A stretch of 64,000 nucleotides of DNA, from assembly GCA_965112155.1 (NCBI GenBank), contig OZ218103.1; one strand, written 5' to 3'. The stretch comes from Podarcis liolepis. Lineage: Eukaryota. Below, piece by piece: positions 13,455 through 28,200 of this stretch. Each line of letters starts with the position of its first letter. Position 1 is the stretch's first letter. The notes beneath the pieces are model-generated. The model searched no databases and was not told where the DNA came from. It saw only the letters and a list, made by a program, of their open reading frames with translations. The position numbers and the translations under genes were made by a program.

Positions 13455-13760
13455 GTAAGAACAGAAGAAGAGCCCCACTGGATCAGAGCAAAGGTCTCTC
13501 TAGTCTAGCATCCTCTTTCCCACAGTGGCCAGCCAGGTGCCCACAGGTAGTCCACAAAAGTCCTGCTGTGGAGCCCCAGTGACTGGCATTCAAAGGCCTG
13601 CTACTTCTGACAGCAGAGAATGATATATAGGCATCCTAACTAGCCATGGGTTGCTTTATCCTCAATGGATTTATGTAATCTTCATTTAAAACCATTGTCT
13701 AAATTGGTGGCCATCACCACATTCTATGGTGGTAAATTCCATATTTTAAGTGCATGGAAA
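13455..13760 (-). mobile_element. CR1-type LINE 3' fragment
   Basis: AAGAACAGAAGAAGAGCC..CTGGATCAGA..AAAGG..TCTAGTCTAGCATCCT is the reverse complement of the tail seen forward at about 530-597 and 63630-63688; another copy lies at about 12995-13130. Confidence 0.55.
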
Positions 13761-16083
13761 AGTAGAAATGGATCTGAGGAGTCCCAGAGGCACTATTTTG
13801 TTGTATAAAGTGATTTTGTAAGTCTTGTGGAAGCCCAACTCTCAGTGCTTTTAAGATAAGCATATTGACATATTGACATCTTTAGGGACTATGTGTGGAT
13901 TATAAAAGTAGATATTTTAGCCACTTAAATTATTTCAAACTTTAACCATTTTGTGTGTGATTAATAGCTTTGGGCAATTGTTTGCATTTTGACTGAATAT
14001 GCCAAATTTCTATTCTATCTGTGTCTGCAACCTCTGGGAGGATAGAAACCATGTCTACTTAATGGCCAAGTCTAAAAAGGATCAGGCGGTGATATTTTAA
14101 ATCAGCATATCTAATTGAAAACAACTCTTCTTTATTTCAGTGGGGCTTTCTTTCAGTTTGTCAGGCTCAAATTCATTTATTTAGAAAATGTCTATACCGC
14201 ATAACATTTTGCACAAGTGATTTGCAGACATTTTAAAGTACAAATACAAATAAAGATCAGGATGCAATAAATATATTATAATACATTTTAAAATGGCAGC
14301 ATTGTGCCCCAACCCACATCCTGTTTTCTTAGAAGCCCCAGTGTATTTTACTAGACTGCACTGTGTGGATCTGCCCCTGTGCCTGATATTTAAGGCAGAT
14401 TGTACAGAACCAGTTGCGTACATTCTTGCCCTCTACTGGCTAAAGTTAGTATATATATTTTTCCAGTACTGTTTGGGTGACACATTTGCTTCTTTCTTGA
14501 CTTTAAAACAGAACACTTTATAACATCTGATGGATCTAAACATATAGACATGTGTAGGGTAGTCAATGTTTTCAAGAAGCAGGTAAATATTAAATCTGCA
14601 AAAAAATAAATCAAAATTGTTCCCAAAGTGGGAAGTGGGAGGATGTTTTATTTGATATCAACAAAGCATTCCTATACACCATTTTTTGGTGCTGGTGGAA
14701 CAATGCTCTTGCACCTTTGACAGTGGCTCAGCAGACAGCAAGGATAGCGGGTTCAGTGCCTCTTGTGGCACCAGCTCCACCTTCACCTGTTGCATAACTG
14801 TCTGTCCTGGAGCTTGCATAGAATAAGTTGGTGAGCAATCTCATGGAAGAACAGCCAAGAACATCCTCTAGTCACTGCTGCTGGTCATGGGGCGGGCCTT
14901 CCTGGTGGTCAGGGGTGAATGCTGTATCTTGGGAGGGTGCCCTGAGGAGAGCAAGGGAAGACAGACAGTCCACCTCTCTCTCTGTGTGCCCTCCTCGGTT
15001 TTTCTATTAAAAAAACTCAGATCAGGACATATCACACCAGTCAATAAAATGACATCAGCAAACATTTTCCTTTCCCCCTTGCCTCACGAAGTCACATCAG
15101 GGCATATATAAATATATTGTCCTTGCAGGAGGAGGTTAAAAATAAAGAAAAGTACTGCCCTGTGACTTTACAAGGAAAAGGGAAACCTTTCCCTGTGTCG
15201 TAGTGTTAGGAGATGTGGAACATCCTGATCTGAGGTTTCTTTCGGGGAGATGTGGGTACAGGGAGGTGAAGTGATTCCATGAGGGAAAGGCAAAAACCAC
15301 TTTTGTTGATGCCAAGATGTTAATGGGTGAGGAATGTCCTATGTGGGTTCCCCGATGTGTCACTTTATTGGCAGGGGACATCCTGATCCTGGGGTCCCAG
15401 AGACAAAGTAGAAAAGCTCATTAGCAGCTCCCCAGTAAGCAAATGGAGATTGTTCTCCCAACTAGGAGTCTCCATAAGGAGAGAGAAGGAGCTTATTAAT
15501 AACTTTATGTTAGCTGGCAGTAGGAATTCCCTGATCTAGCTGCTTTCAGGGGAGCCACATTAACCTGATAGCTCTCCTAGGTCATGTTTCCTTACCTTTC
15601 TGCTCTGCCAACCTTATCCGTGCAATCTAAATTGGGTCCACCTTGGATACATACCTCAGGCCTTGGAACGCAGCCCGTAACTATCTCTCTAAAAGTGTGT
15701 TATGTGGAATATGCATTCATTTCCTGGCTATATAGCCTTCCCTTAGCCCAGAAATCAGCACATATAATGATTGTGAAGTGTCTGACCTTTATGGGAATTG
15801 CATTGGATGGTGGAGAATTGGGAGCGAGGAAGCAATTTGTTCCTGTTTTCTGACCTGCTTAATTTATGCTTTAGGTTACAGAAAAGTTCTCAGAGGATTA
15901 CTCAGCAGCCAGAAGGCACAGGCGCTTTAGAACTGAGCTCACTTGCTGGCGTGAAGAGCCTCAAGCCATCTTCTATTCCCAGCTAGAGAGAACGAAAGTC
16001 GGGTTGTTTCTCCATTCGTGGCTTAGCATCTAAGAGAGACGGGCGGAGACACACAGAGAGGTCTCCAGTGCCTCTCCTGCACC

Positions 16084-16282
16084 ATGGTGGTGCAGAATAA
16101 TCTGGACCTTGGGGATTCTAGAAAATGGATTGTGCTGGAGCCATTTATCCACCAGGTTGGAGGCCACATGAGCATGATGAAGTATGATGACTACACCGTC
16201 TGCAAACCCCTCGTCTCCCAGGAGCAGTGGTTCTACGAGACTCTCCCTGCAGCGATGAAACGATTCACACCTCAGTACAAAG
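16084..16282 (+). CDS. IP6K3: IP6K3 coding exon 1 (MVVQNN...PQYK/G)
   Basis: Kozak accATGG at 16084; donor G|gtaggc after 16282; probable acceptor ttag| at 15874, giving about 209 nt of 5'UTR in this exon. Confidence 0.95.
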
Positions 16283-19200
16283 GTAGGCTCAAAACCCCAG
16301 CATCTACTGGAAAGTAGGTCCCTTTGAATGTTGAGTAAACATAATTGAAATCAGGCCGCAAGATTCAATGTTAATGCAAGAAAGAGGGTTTGCATTCAGT
16401 GATTGGTTTTTATTGCATGGTTCCCAGAGGGGTGCCATCTGTGGTTCCTCATCATAAGTTACCAAAGCTGAAAGAAAAGAGTGTGGTGGGGGAACAGCAA
16501 CAGTGGCAATGGACTTTGCCAATAATGCATTTTGGTGAGGAAGGCTTGTCATCCCCTTCTTCCCCATGCAAATCAGACCACTAATAATTTTTAATTTCCG
16601 TCTGATCAGGGTTACAGGATTGTCAGTGCTCAGTACTCCACTGTGGAGTTCAGTGCTGTGCCTGCGTCACTCTCACAGTCACAGCATGTAGCTGAAGACA
16701 TTGTGCAAGCAGAACTAGAAACTGCTCAATCTACAATTACACGATTGCTTTCTGCAGTACAAAAACACCTGTGCCATGGAGAAATTATTTGCTGCTGAAA
16801 AGTAGCCAAAATATGTAGGCCAGTTGTTGTTTGCTGCTTGTGAAGGAAAATGAAATTTGATACACGAGTGAAAACATGGGGCTGGATCTAACATTCGTCA
16901 GGCTAAGGTTGTGTACACATTACTGTTTACTGTGACTCCAATGGGCTCCCGCTGCTGGTGTTTGAAGCCATGTATGTGTGACATTAGTACACTTTCTCTC
17001 AAACCACCTTCCATCTGATTTGAAAACAAACTTGTAGCCCTCTGACCAATGGTCAAGGATAATGGGAGTTGTAGTCCAGCAGCATTTGGAGAGACACAGT
17101 TTTCCCATTGCTGTTTTATCAGGTCAGGCTACAACCCATATTACTTTCATGCTAGCTGTGCCTTTGTGTGAACAAACATCTGCAAGCCCCCCAAAAGGTT
17201 GTTGTCAGGATTGCAATCTCAGATGGTCAGGAAACTTCACAGGTACATCTGGGAACGAGACATGAAAAAACAGGAGGGAAAGAGGATGGAAGACAAGGGG
17301 GCTGGATCAAGCTCCTTTCAAAGATACAGAAACAGGAAGAGAAGGGGAAACCCATTTACAACTGAGAGGCGAGGCCTCTGGTGTCCTCCTTATTTAGAAT
17401 TTCCCTGTTGACAGTGCAAATATCTCACTTGTTGCAATGTCTGTTTGTAAGTAATACTGCCTGGGATTCATGGTCTTTATTTCTATTTGAGGAGGCCATC
17501 TGTGCACATTTCATCTCCCATAATGAGACTGCATCTGAGAATGAGAAAAACAGGCCTATAGCTGAGCATTAATAGACACACTTTTTGTTGATAAAATGTC
17601 TTCGAAACGGCAACAGCAACAGCTACTGTTACAAGCCACCCCAACTCTTCAGTATACATGCACTTTAATTCTGACAATGAGTGTTACTTGTTGACAATGG
17701 TGGGTTGGTTTGTTCTTAAGGTTGCAATTTTAATTGTCCATCCCTTTCTTCTGAATACAGTGATACCTCGGTTTAAGAACAGTCCGGTTTAAGAACGATT
17801 TGGTTTACAAACTCCGCAAAACCGGAAATAGTGTCTTGGTTTGAGAGCTTTACCTCGGTCTAAGAACGGAATCCGAACGGTGGAAGGGCACCGGCTGCGG
17901 GAGGCCTCATATGGGAAAGTGCACCTCGGTTTAAGAACAGACTTCCGGAACAGATTAAGTTCGTAAACTGAGGTACCACTGTAGTGTTCTTATGCAGTTA
18001 CACTGTTATATTGCCATTTCTTTGTGATCTGGCACAGATCTTTCATCAAGCACACTGAGACAATTCCAGAAGCACTTCCATCCCCTTGCTCAGCAATAAT
18101 TTGATCTTTTTCTTTAATGAGACCCCAAGGGTTCCCCTACAGAGCTAGGCTGCCACCTGGAATTGGTTTAGAGAGAAACAGGTGCTTGTCTGACAGTCCC
18201 TCTTCTTGGCAGGAACCCCCCAAATCAGTGAAGTCTTCTTGCATAAGGTTAATATACTGTATTCATGTTGCTGTACTCAAATAAGCTGATGCACTTCTGT
18301 GACTAAGAAGAGCATGACCTGGGAAGGCCAAATGACGCCTCTTCTATGAACTCACTAGGTGGTCTTAGGCAGGTCAACCACCGTCAGCTTCAGCTCCTCC
18401 TCCTCCCAGCCTGCAACATGGGGTTGTTGTCAGGATTACTGATAATAATGGATTGCATCCAACTAAGATCTGAGTAGGACTAGCATCGGATACAACCCTA
18501 TGTATGTGATGTAAAGCTTTAAAATACTCCATTAAGTGTTATATACAGTGGTACCTCGGGTTACAGGTGCTTCAGGTTATAGACGCTTCAGGTTACAGAC
18601 TCAGCTAACCCAGAAATAGTACCTCGGGTTAAGAACTTTGCTTCAGGATGGGAACAGAAATCGCGCCATGGCAGCAGTGGGAGGCCCCATTAGCTAAAGT
18701 GCTACCTCAGGTTAAGAACAGTTTCAGGTTAAGAATGGACCTCCAGAACGAATTAAGTTCTTAACCCGAGGTACCACTGTACATGCTATTTATCATTAAC
18801 TAAAGGTGAATGTGGGATCTCCCCTCCTCTCCATTAGCAACTTGCTGGAAGGCTGTGCTTGTTTAGATGTGAAATCCAAGGTCTTAGAAAGCAAAGTCAT
18901 GGGGGCAGGGCAGGCAGATGGAATCATCATCAGTCTAAACAACATTAACACTCAGCATTGATCTTTGCCCATTTCCTGCTCTCCTAAGTCACATTGTAAG
19001 GTGAGCCAAGATACAAGACACCAGGCATCTTGTCTGAATCTAACTGGCACTGGGGATCATGTGTCTAGAGCTGACGTCATCTCCTCTCTCCCAGAGAGGT
19101 AGCGCATGCTCCAGAAGGCAAATTCCACGATCTCTCAGCTCACCAAACAGCAATGCTTGCTCTAAAGTGCCAGGTGGGGGAAGTTCTGACTTCTTTTTTA

Positions 19201-22200
19201 AGCCTGGGAGAAGGAAAAGTTCTTCATCTGATGCTGAAAAGACTATTAAAAAGGCACCAGGCAAACCTCTCAGGGGAGGCGATTCCATAGCTAGGGGTTT
19301 GTGCCTGAAAAGACCCTCTCCCTCACTTCACTGGGTGGGGGTGCTCAGAACTGGGCCTCTGAAGAGGACCTCAAATATATACAGGCATGGGCATAGCTAA
19401 TACTTAACTGAGGTTCTGCCCCCTCTAAGATGAAGCCTGCCCCCTCCCAACATAAATCCTGGCTACGCCCATACAGGAAAAAGTGTATATGACCATATCA
19501 CACCCATGCTTTCCTGTCCTCACTGGCTCCCAAACTGTTTCTGAGACCAATTAAAAATGGCAGTGTTGACCTTTGAAAGTATTACACAGTTTGGGACCAG
19601 GGTACCTGAAGAATTCTCCATCACCACTTGAAGCTACCCAAACCTTAAAATTCTCTTTGAAGGGCCTTCTCCAGATGCCCCTGCTGAGTGAGGTACAGTG
19701 GGTTTCTACTGGGGAAAGTGCTTTTTCAATGGTGGTACCCTAGGTGTGAAATGCCAGCCTTGGTATCTTTTCTGATTTTTAGCTGTGACCTGGTTTTCTG
19801 TGTTCATCCTTACATGGGCTTCATGGCTGATTTTATATTCTTTGTTTTCTGTGGATGAACATGTTTAGTGTGTTTGTTTTGCTTTAAAGGATTTTATAGG
19901 GCTGTTGTTGTAAATTGCTTTGGGACTTTTCCTGTGTGAAGCAATTCATAAACTGGATGAGTTGAACAGCACTGATTTTTTGGTGCCAAGCAAAGACCTT
20001 TTCCTGAGATTTTTAATCAGCTAGTTTCTGAGTCCCTATTACCGGTCCCACATGTTTTATTCAAATGAATGAAATTTTAGCTTGTTTTTAATTCTATTAC
20101 AAGCTGCCCGAAGAACCAGGCTATTGGGAGGCCTATAAGTACTTAGGAAAGCATAGAGACGCTTATACATAGTTAAGAGATTAAAAAGAAACAAATTAGG
20201 AATCTAGAAGCATGCTTCTTAAAATCTAAAAACAAAATTTTGTTACTCTAATCTACACAGACCCACGATAAAATGTGTTTCGAATGAAACATCTGTGAAA
20301 GAAGATCTAAAAGAGCTTGTAATCAATACATTTTCAAAATAGTATCAGGGAAGTGAACTATCAATATGTATTATGGGATAAGAGGCTCTTAAACTGATAT
20401 TCTTCTATCAAACGCTTTGCTGCCTGCCTTAACCAAAAAGTTAATATTTCGCTCACTCCCATTATTTTTTCTAAAGCATGTTAAAAGCAGTTCAGCTCAC
20501 ACGCTTCCTCCACTGTTGTTAATTAACTTCCCCCTAGTGACTGTAAGTAAAGCAACAGAAGACAACGCTGCCCCAGCCCAAACTCCTTATGCCTCCACCT
20601 CTCTCTCTGAGGCAAGATAAAAAGCATTTCCTTCATGCCCTGGGCTGGCAGATTTCCATAGCAGCATAACATATAGAGGTTTTAGAGAGAGCACCTGCAT
20701 TTTAAGGCTTCTCTTTTAGCTCAGCCTCTTGCCAATATTTTGTCTTGGATATGCGAGGTGTTCCCTATTCATGACCCAGTAAAGGCAACTAATGCTCCCT
20801 CAATGGCCATTTGAGAAAGAGCCTTGGGATGTATCTCTTTACTTTAAAAACAATTTTACATCTCCACAATTCCAGTGACGAAGCCGTGAACCTTGTCTGA
20901 GGATCAAGACCCCTCTGCAGATTATTTTCTTGTATCAGTCTCTTTCTTTAGTTTGTACCTTACCTTAGCCAGGGTATTCTTGTGCTGCTGTCTGCATGCT
21001 GACATTCCCCATCTCTAGAGTTGGGGGAGGCAGGGAAGGTAGAGGAATTTTCATGGTGCAAGTCTGCTCCCAGGATGGGTTGCACCCAGCCTGCTGCTTG
21101 AAATGGCAGGCAGGATTGTTTACTCATGAGTAGGTCTGCCATCAGTTAGATGCTTCAGATATAAATATTTTGGTCAATGCCCGGTAGAGAAGATAAAAAG
21201 GAAACAAAACACATAAAACACAATAAAATTTGTTAAGTATAATATTAAATGTGTAGTTTAAAACAATGTTGATATTTATAAAAAAAAAACCCAATGAGAT
21301 ATTTACAATAATTATTTTTAAATAGTATAAAAAGGGTAAGGTACTAATAATTCTAAAATTAATACAAGATACTGTGCAGCAAATTTTTTAAATTTTAATG
21401 GTATATTTTACTCCAGGGGAGAGGCACTTTTGGGATTTCCTGCCTCAGCTGCCAAAAACACTTGGCCAGCCTTCATTATTATTTACCTTAATGTGGAGGG
21501 AGGGGGTGCCATTAGCAGTTCAGCCTCAGACAGCGAAATATCTTGGCTCTGCTCTTTTCCATTAGGCAAAATGGTAGCCTAAATGTCAAAAGGAATACCT
21601 GTGCGCTCTCTGGCTTGCGTTCACCAGTGTGGCTGGAACCTGGTTCTATTTTTATACACCCTGAAGGCTTCACAGAGGCCTAGGGACCATTGCGTAAGAA
21701 TGCCATTTTGCAAAACTTTGCTTGACTATTGCTACAATCTAGGCTGCAACCATATGTACTTAGAAGTTCAGTGGGACTTACTTCAGAGTAAACATGCATA
21801 GAATTGCAGTGCCTGTTTACAGAGACGACAGCTCCTTTTATGCATTTCCAAGAGGAAAAAATGACCTTGAGACAAGTTTGCTCTTCTCTCTCTCTCTCTC
21901 TCTCCCCCCCCCCCCAAAGCTGCCTGCCTGCTGAGAACTACTGTGAAATTACAGATTTGTTTTTCAGGCCAGGTTCTGTCCAGATTCATATTGCACATGG
22001 CAGTAAATAAATGTGCCTATTAATTTAAAAATATACACACAAGAATGGAGCTAGGGAGCTACATAGCAAAACAGCTTCTGAGAATTGCTGAGATGCTTCT
22101 AGCATGCTGATACCATCTATAAATACTCTCTGCCTGACTAATTTGCTATACACATACCCCAACTGAATCACCAGGGGTACCAAAATGAAGGCTAAACCTA

Positions 22201-25200
22201 GCCTTCAGGATGTAGAAATCTGGTAACAGCTTTTGCCCCTTCGGTGATATATTCTAAACTGTAGCAAAGCCCATTGCAGAAGCTCATGCACTGAAACAAA
22301 GTTACATGTGCTAGTGGTTTTTTTGATCATATGTTGCACATACCAGTGAAATGAGGTGCCATGAAACTCTTGGCTAGTTTTGTTGCAACAGATTAACATG
22401 TGTGTGCCCCCCTTCTCTGAAATATGTGACAATTAATTCTCTAGCCCATTCTTCCACTGAGCTTCGCCATAAAAATACGGGTTGACCATTCCAATTAGTA
22501 TACACCAATTGCATCAGGTCAAGAGGAATAGGTTGTGTTTGCAAAAAGTGTGGGTCCCAACCAATTGGTCCCAAACCTCCCAAATGTAACTGTTGAGACA
22601 TGGAAATAAAATATAGGGAAGTGGCTCCCTCATTGCTGCTTTAACCTATGAAAGGTCAACTCACTTTGGGTATGTCAGGGTTTTGCCACTAGCTTATTGA
22701 TCATTGGGAACAAAGTTTAACAAGTATAGGTAGAGTACAGAACCTCAGAGATTTTCAGGAAGAATTGAGCTGGCATTCATTACAGATGCCTACAGAATAG
22801 GATGCTTTGCCTCATATTAGACTGCATGGTCCTTCAGATCCCTTCCAAAATTTCTGATTCTGTTCCAGTGCATGAGTTTTAGGCTATGTTTAAGACTTCT
22901 TGGTCTTGGACAAAATGTTTTGTTATGCAGCCATTCAGTGTCTATTCCCTCCTCCTTGTTTGGCAGACACACACAACACTAATCGATTCATGAACAAAAA
23001 TAGATCTGGTGTTTCCCCCCACTTCTTAGGGTATACAGCCAGAGTCAGGACCAAGAATTTCTGCATGTTGAGAGCATGTTAGTTCAGCATTCCCAACACC
23101 CCATAATCAAGAGGTGGAAATCATACTGATCTCAGATTGCCCAACACTGGCCAATTCTGCTGAAAATAAGAGACCTTTCAGTACTTCTGTCTCTGCTTTT
23201 GGTTTAACTCTGCAGCACAGAAGCTATCTGCTGTGGGAGCAGCCACTCAAGCACAGCCATATATCTGTGCTGGTCTTACATTTTGAGCAGCTGTGAAAAA
23301 GAGGAGGGCCCCAAGAGTCTTAATGCTGATCACCAAGAGACAACACCTGCTTAGGATATCTGAGTCAGGCTAGGGAAGCATCTTGAATGTGAAATACATG
23401 CAGAACTAGGTTAGTAGAGTAAGAAGATGCTGTGCTTTATGAGCATTTCCCCCCCTGTAAGACAGTGGACAGATAACAGCTCCTGTAGTTAATGGTGCAG
23501 GAGATTACCTACAAAAATACATTTAGGGCGCAATCCAAACCCTCAGTCTGCACTGCTGGAGGGGGGTATTGGATGGGGTAGAAGTCTCCATCCACCCAGC
23601 CCACAATAGCTCTGCCAGCATGTGCAAGGTGGAAGGTCTGCCGGTGGGCTTCCAGCTTCTGACAGCTTAGGGAAAGCCCCAAAATGGGGCATTGAGGGGC
23701 AGGTGAGCTACTGAGCAGGCTCAGGATCTGCTGCATCCTTAGCCAGACTCACTGTTGCCATTTGATGGCGTCAGGCACCACCCAGGCTATGTTCCTCCAT
23801 CTCACAACTGCTTGGCCGTGGTTTGGATTCCTCTGCCACTCATCAAATATTGACAATATTGGGGATGTTGGCTATCTCCAGGTTTTGGAATAGAGAAGAA
23901 AACCAGGTGCTCATGCTTCATCAAATCTCCCGCACTCGGTATCTGTGGAAGGGGCTAATATGTGGAGCAACATCTGTAAAATGCCTGCCAGAACACAGCC
24001 GCAGGGCAGAAGGGCGTCAGTTGGCAACCCTGCTCTGTCCCGAGTTCCCACCAGAAGATTTGGAAGCCTCTGGGCACTGCTGTGAGCAGCTCACATGGTC
24101 CAGAGGAGTCCTGACTAATCCTGAAAGGGCAGTCACTATGCAAAAGACTCTTCAGCTGGCCCCGCAGTGCGGAAGTCAGAGCTGGGGATGAAAAGCGCAG
24201 TGTAGCTGTGCCTGAAGGAAGAGGGACAACTGCCACTGGCCTTTCTTCCAAAGGTCAAAGCTGCCTCCTCTGCAAGCCATGCCCGAAAGCAATCTGTCAT
24301 TTGAGATGTTCTGGGCTGCAAGTGTGATCACTCAGGCTTTATTGGGAGTGGAGTAAATATGTAAAAGGTTACCCATCTGGCACTTCAGCCATGTGAGTCC
24401 CATTAAAGTCAGCAGGAAGGAACTTTGCTGAAATACAGGGTGCAAGTTTGGCGCAGTAGATTAGGGACTCTCTCTTTGGGGCTGCCTTGTCACAACCCGT
24501 GGCTTAATCCTATACCTTAGTCCTGATTTTCACAGTATCGGGTGGCTCTCCAGGTGGTTGCCTCGCAGCCCCAATTTGGATGTAGGATATTGAAGGTTTA
24601 TCCAGTCATACAGGCCACAATTCTTCTGGTATAGCGCCACTTGCAAACCTGAGGTTCTGCCCTCCAGAAGGGAGAGGGGGAGAAAGGGCATTTGGGCTGG
24701 AATTTATCTGATCTCTACAACCAGCCCTTCTTAGATATGCCTCTTCTCTTTCTTCCCTCTTTCTCTTGCTTTATCACCTTTGTTTTTCCTTGAGGAAAGG
24801 ACGTGCCATTATTGTTATTATTATTACTCTGCCACTCTGCAGTTAGTGAAAGGCAGTTTTTTAATTGTGCAAGCATGCATTTCAAAAACCACATTGATAC
24901 AGCATCTGTTTGTTTCTTTTTACAACAACAAAAACCTCAGCTGCAGCATCACAGGTGTAGCAGACAACTAATTTGGAACTACTGCCCTCCCAAACTATTA
25001 TTACTGTTGTTATTATTATTGCATTTATATGCCATCTTTTATCCAAGGAGCTCCAGGTGGCATACATGGTTCTACCCCCTCCTCATTTAATCCTTGAGTT
25101 TAGGTTCAAAGGCAGCAACTGGCCAGGGAACTTCCATGGCCAAGTGAGGATTTGAATTCTGGTCTCCAGCGCTCTAACCACTGCACCACAATGGGTCTCA

Positions 25201-28200
25201 CGGGTTTAAGGATCAGGGATAAGAACAGGCTTTCTGCCCATGGACTATTCTGAGCTTTTAGCCTTTGGGACATGGCAAGTTAAAACCCAAATAAACAAAT
25301 GAACAATAATGAGGGCTATTTTGGTACGATACCGTCACACTTGTTCCTGCTTGGAATATCCTGCTCTAAAATATTCCAACAACAAGATCCGCTGTCTTAA
25401 GTACGCCAGACCTTGCTTTCGTTTTCCATGGTGTTTTATTTTAGGGCAATACCTATTGCCACACATGTGAAATCTGAGCAATGTGGGTAAGGGCCTGTGG
25501 TATTCTAGAACATGCAAAGCAGCAGATCTCATATATAAAGGAAAGGCTAAAGGGTAGATCACTTACCACTGCTTTCATCCCAGTTATAGATGAGAGGGCA
25601 GCAGAGGTCGGGGGGACGGGACACAATCAAGCTTTAAGAACGCTTGTAAGTTTCCTGGTTTCGGGAACTGGTTTTTTATCTGATTGCCTTATTTGAAGGT
25701 TTGGGTTCTGCACAGGAACAGTTACTAACAGTGAAGTAAAGTTGTGTATGGCAGGAGAGCCATGCCTTAAAATCAAACTGTTGCTGAATTCCTGTAAAGC
25801 AGGAGTTGGGATCAATTTGAAGTGCAGGAAGAGACCACTGAACTCATACTTTATTCTCTTAAAATACTTCCCTAGCCATTTCCCCCAGTGGAAATACTGA
25901 ATGTAACTTCCACTGAGAGAGACAGAGATAAGAAAAGCGGCTTCAGGTTAAGGGAGGGTTCAGCACCCACTTCTCTCTCACACACACACACCCCCATGCT
26001 GCACTTTAGGTCATTTGCCCCACGCTCCAGTTTATAGGATAGATTTCATATGAAGTACAGTGTTGGAATGGAGATGAAAGGAAAAGGCATTTCAGAGAGG
26101 TCAAGTACTGTTTTCTGACGCATGCCAGGGAACATGCTTGACTCCTGAAAGTCAAAGATCTAAATAGAACTAGCTAAGAACTGTCTGTAGCTTCCTATGC
26201 AACTACAAATGCTTTCGTAAGCTCTCTTCACACAATATAGCCACACTCCCCACAGAGAGCAGGTTCATAGTCTGAGGGTGCTTGTGGATCCATCTTTGTT
26301 GCTAGAGGCCCAGGTGACCTCCAAAGCTAAGTGTGCTTCACGCAATACTGCTGGGACAGCTCAGCTGGTAGAGCATGAGATTCTTAATCTCAGTGTCCTG
26401 AGTTTGAGTCCCACATTGGGCAAAAGATTCCTGCATTTTTCGACCCTTGTGGTCCCTTCCAACTCTACAATTCTGTGATTGTATGATAGCATCCCAAGAA
26501 GCCACAGTCATTTCATTTTTGCCCTAACCAAACGTAGCTAATGGCTTCACAAATGATCTATGGCGTACTAACCAAATTCACAAATGAAGGGTGGAATCCA
26601 ACATTGCATTGTGATGAATGTTCCATCTGCACAAGCACTGCAGCTTGCCAGGTGGAACAACCACCCCCCTCACCCCACCTCCCGTGCTATTCTTAGGGGT
26701 TCCCCTGACTTCCCCAGAGCTAATTGGGGGGTCCATTGGGGGAGGGGAATCCCTCTTGTGCAAATGGGGTTTATTAGGTGAATTCCACCCTAAGTAATTT
26801 GGAGGAAACCAATATTTGCAGAGGTTCTCAGTGGACGTAAACTGCAAGGGTAACTGACTGTCTCGTTAAAAGTACTTGTGAACCTTTTTGCTCCTCCAAG
26901 CACCAATATACTGTACGGCAGGTGAACTTACATCTCTCACATTTTCATTTTTGTTTTTCCTTTAAAGGTATTGTTTCTGTACACCTCAAGAAGGACAGCA
27001 TGGGCAATTTGAGCCTCATAGCCTGCCCGCAAACAGATAACCGCAGTTCCCTGGACAATGCCTCCAAGGAGTCTTCAATGACAATTTGGCAGAAGCTCAA
27101 CCAGGCAAACACCAGCAGTGGTGACCACACATTTGTCAAATGGAATCATGGCCCACTCACAAACACCACCAAAGACAGGTAAGGAGCCCACCTCCAGCAA
27201 AACATGCACCTGTGCAATGCCCCTGCTTCACAAAGCAGCAGTGAACACACCTGGGTTGAACTCAGGTTGTCCTCATCTTTGAGGGTAGCTCAAGAAATGG
27301 GAATTCCACATGGAAATAGGAACCACACATAACATTATTCTATCCCAAGGAATGCAAAAGCACTGAGAGCAATTGGAAACGCATTCAGCTTTCACACCAA
27401 GGGACGTAACTCTTTTCAGTGGCAAAGTCCTTGTTTAAAGCATCACATGTTGAACAGAAGTTAGTGCACTTGGCTTCAATAAGGGGCCATATCTCCTTCC
27501 CTCATAAACTAAACCAGGAATGAAGAACCATGTTGTCTGAGGGCTGCATTCCTGTCCGGGCAACCTTCCAAAGGGCCACATGGCAGTAGTGGTTGGGGCC
27601 AGAGGGGAAATTGGACACGGCAATGGATGTAAATGTTACCTTTGTTGGGTAATTTCTGCACACACCTTTCTATTCTCTATGCAGACATGCGAGAGGCACC
27701 ATCAGAGTTCAATGACACATCCCAGCCAGGCTTAGAACTATGCACTAAGTTTTACTGGTGTCACTGGCGCTTACGCATGTTTAACTTACACAATTTCAAC
27801 TTTGCATGATTGCAAACAAACCGGTCGAAATCACACAAATCAAATGCATGGAACACAGAGAGCTTCAGAGCTCTTTCTGTGCAGGGTTTTCCCAGTGCGT
27901 ATAAAAATCCACTTGAGAGCCTCTCGGGCAAGGTGGAGAGCTTAAAAGCCTTGCTGGGAGGGTGGGAGGTAAGACCAGCATGCCATCTCCATAAGGTAAG
28001 ATTGCCCATGTGGCAGTTCCAAAGGGTTGCTTGGACTATACATTTTTTTGTATATACATGCCATCTCCAGAACGTAACCCCTGTGAGTTACCTGCAAACA
28101 TGTTTAGGGTCAGATGATAGGCTATTACTTCTAGATAGCAGGCTAATCATATCCCCCCCTCCTTTTTCTTTTGCATTGTGCGTAGCTGCCAGGGGAAAGC

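Noticed and set aside
26353-26425. tRNA-Lys-like sequence
   Set aside because: The cloverleaf is degenerate, it is fused to a CR1-type tail, and a second copy lies at 39944-40087, so it is a SINE head and not a tRNA gene.
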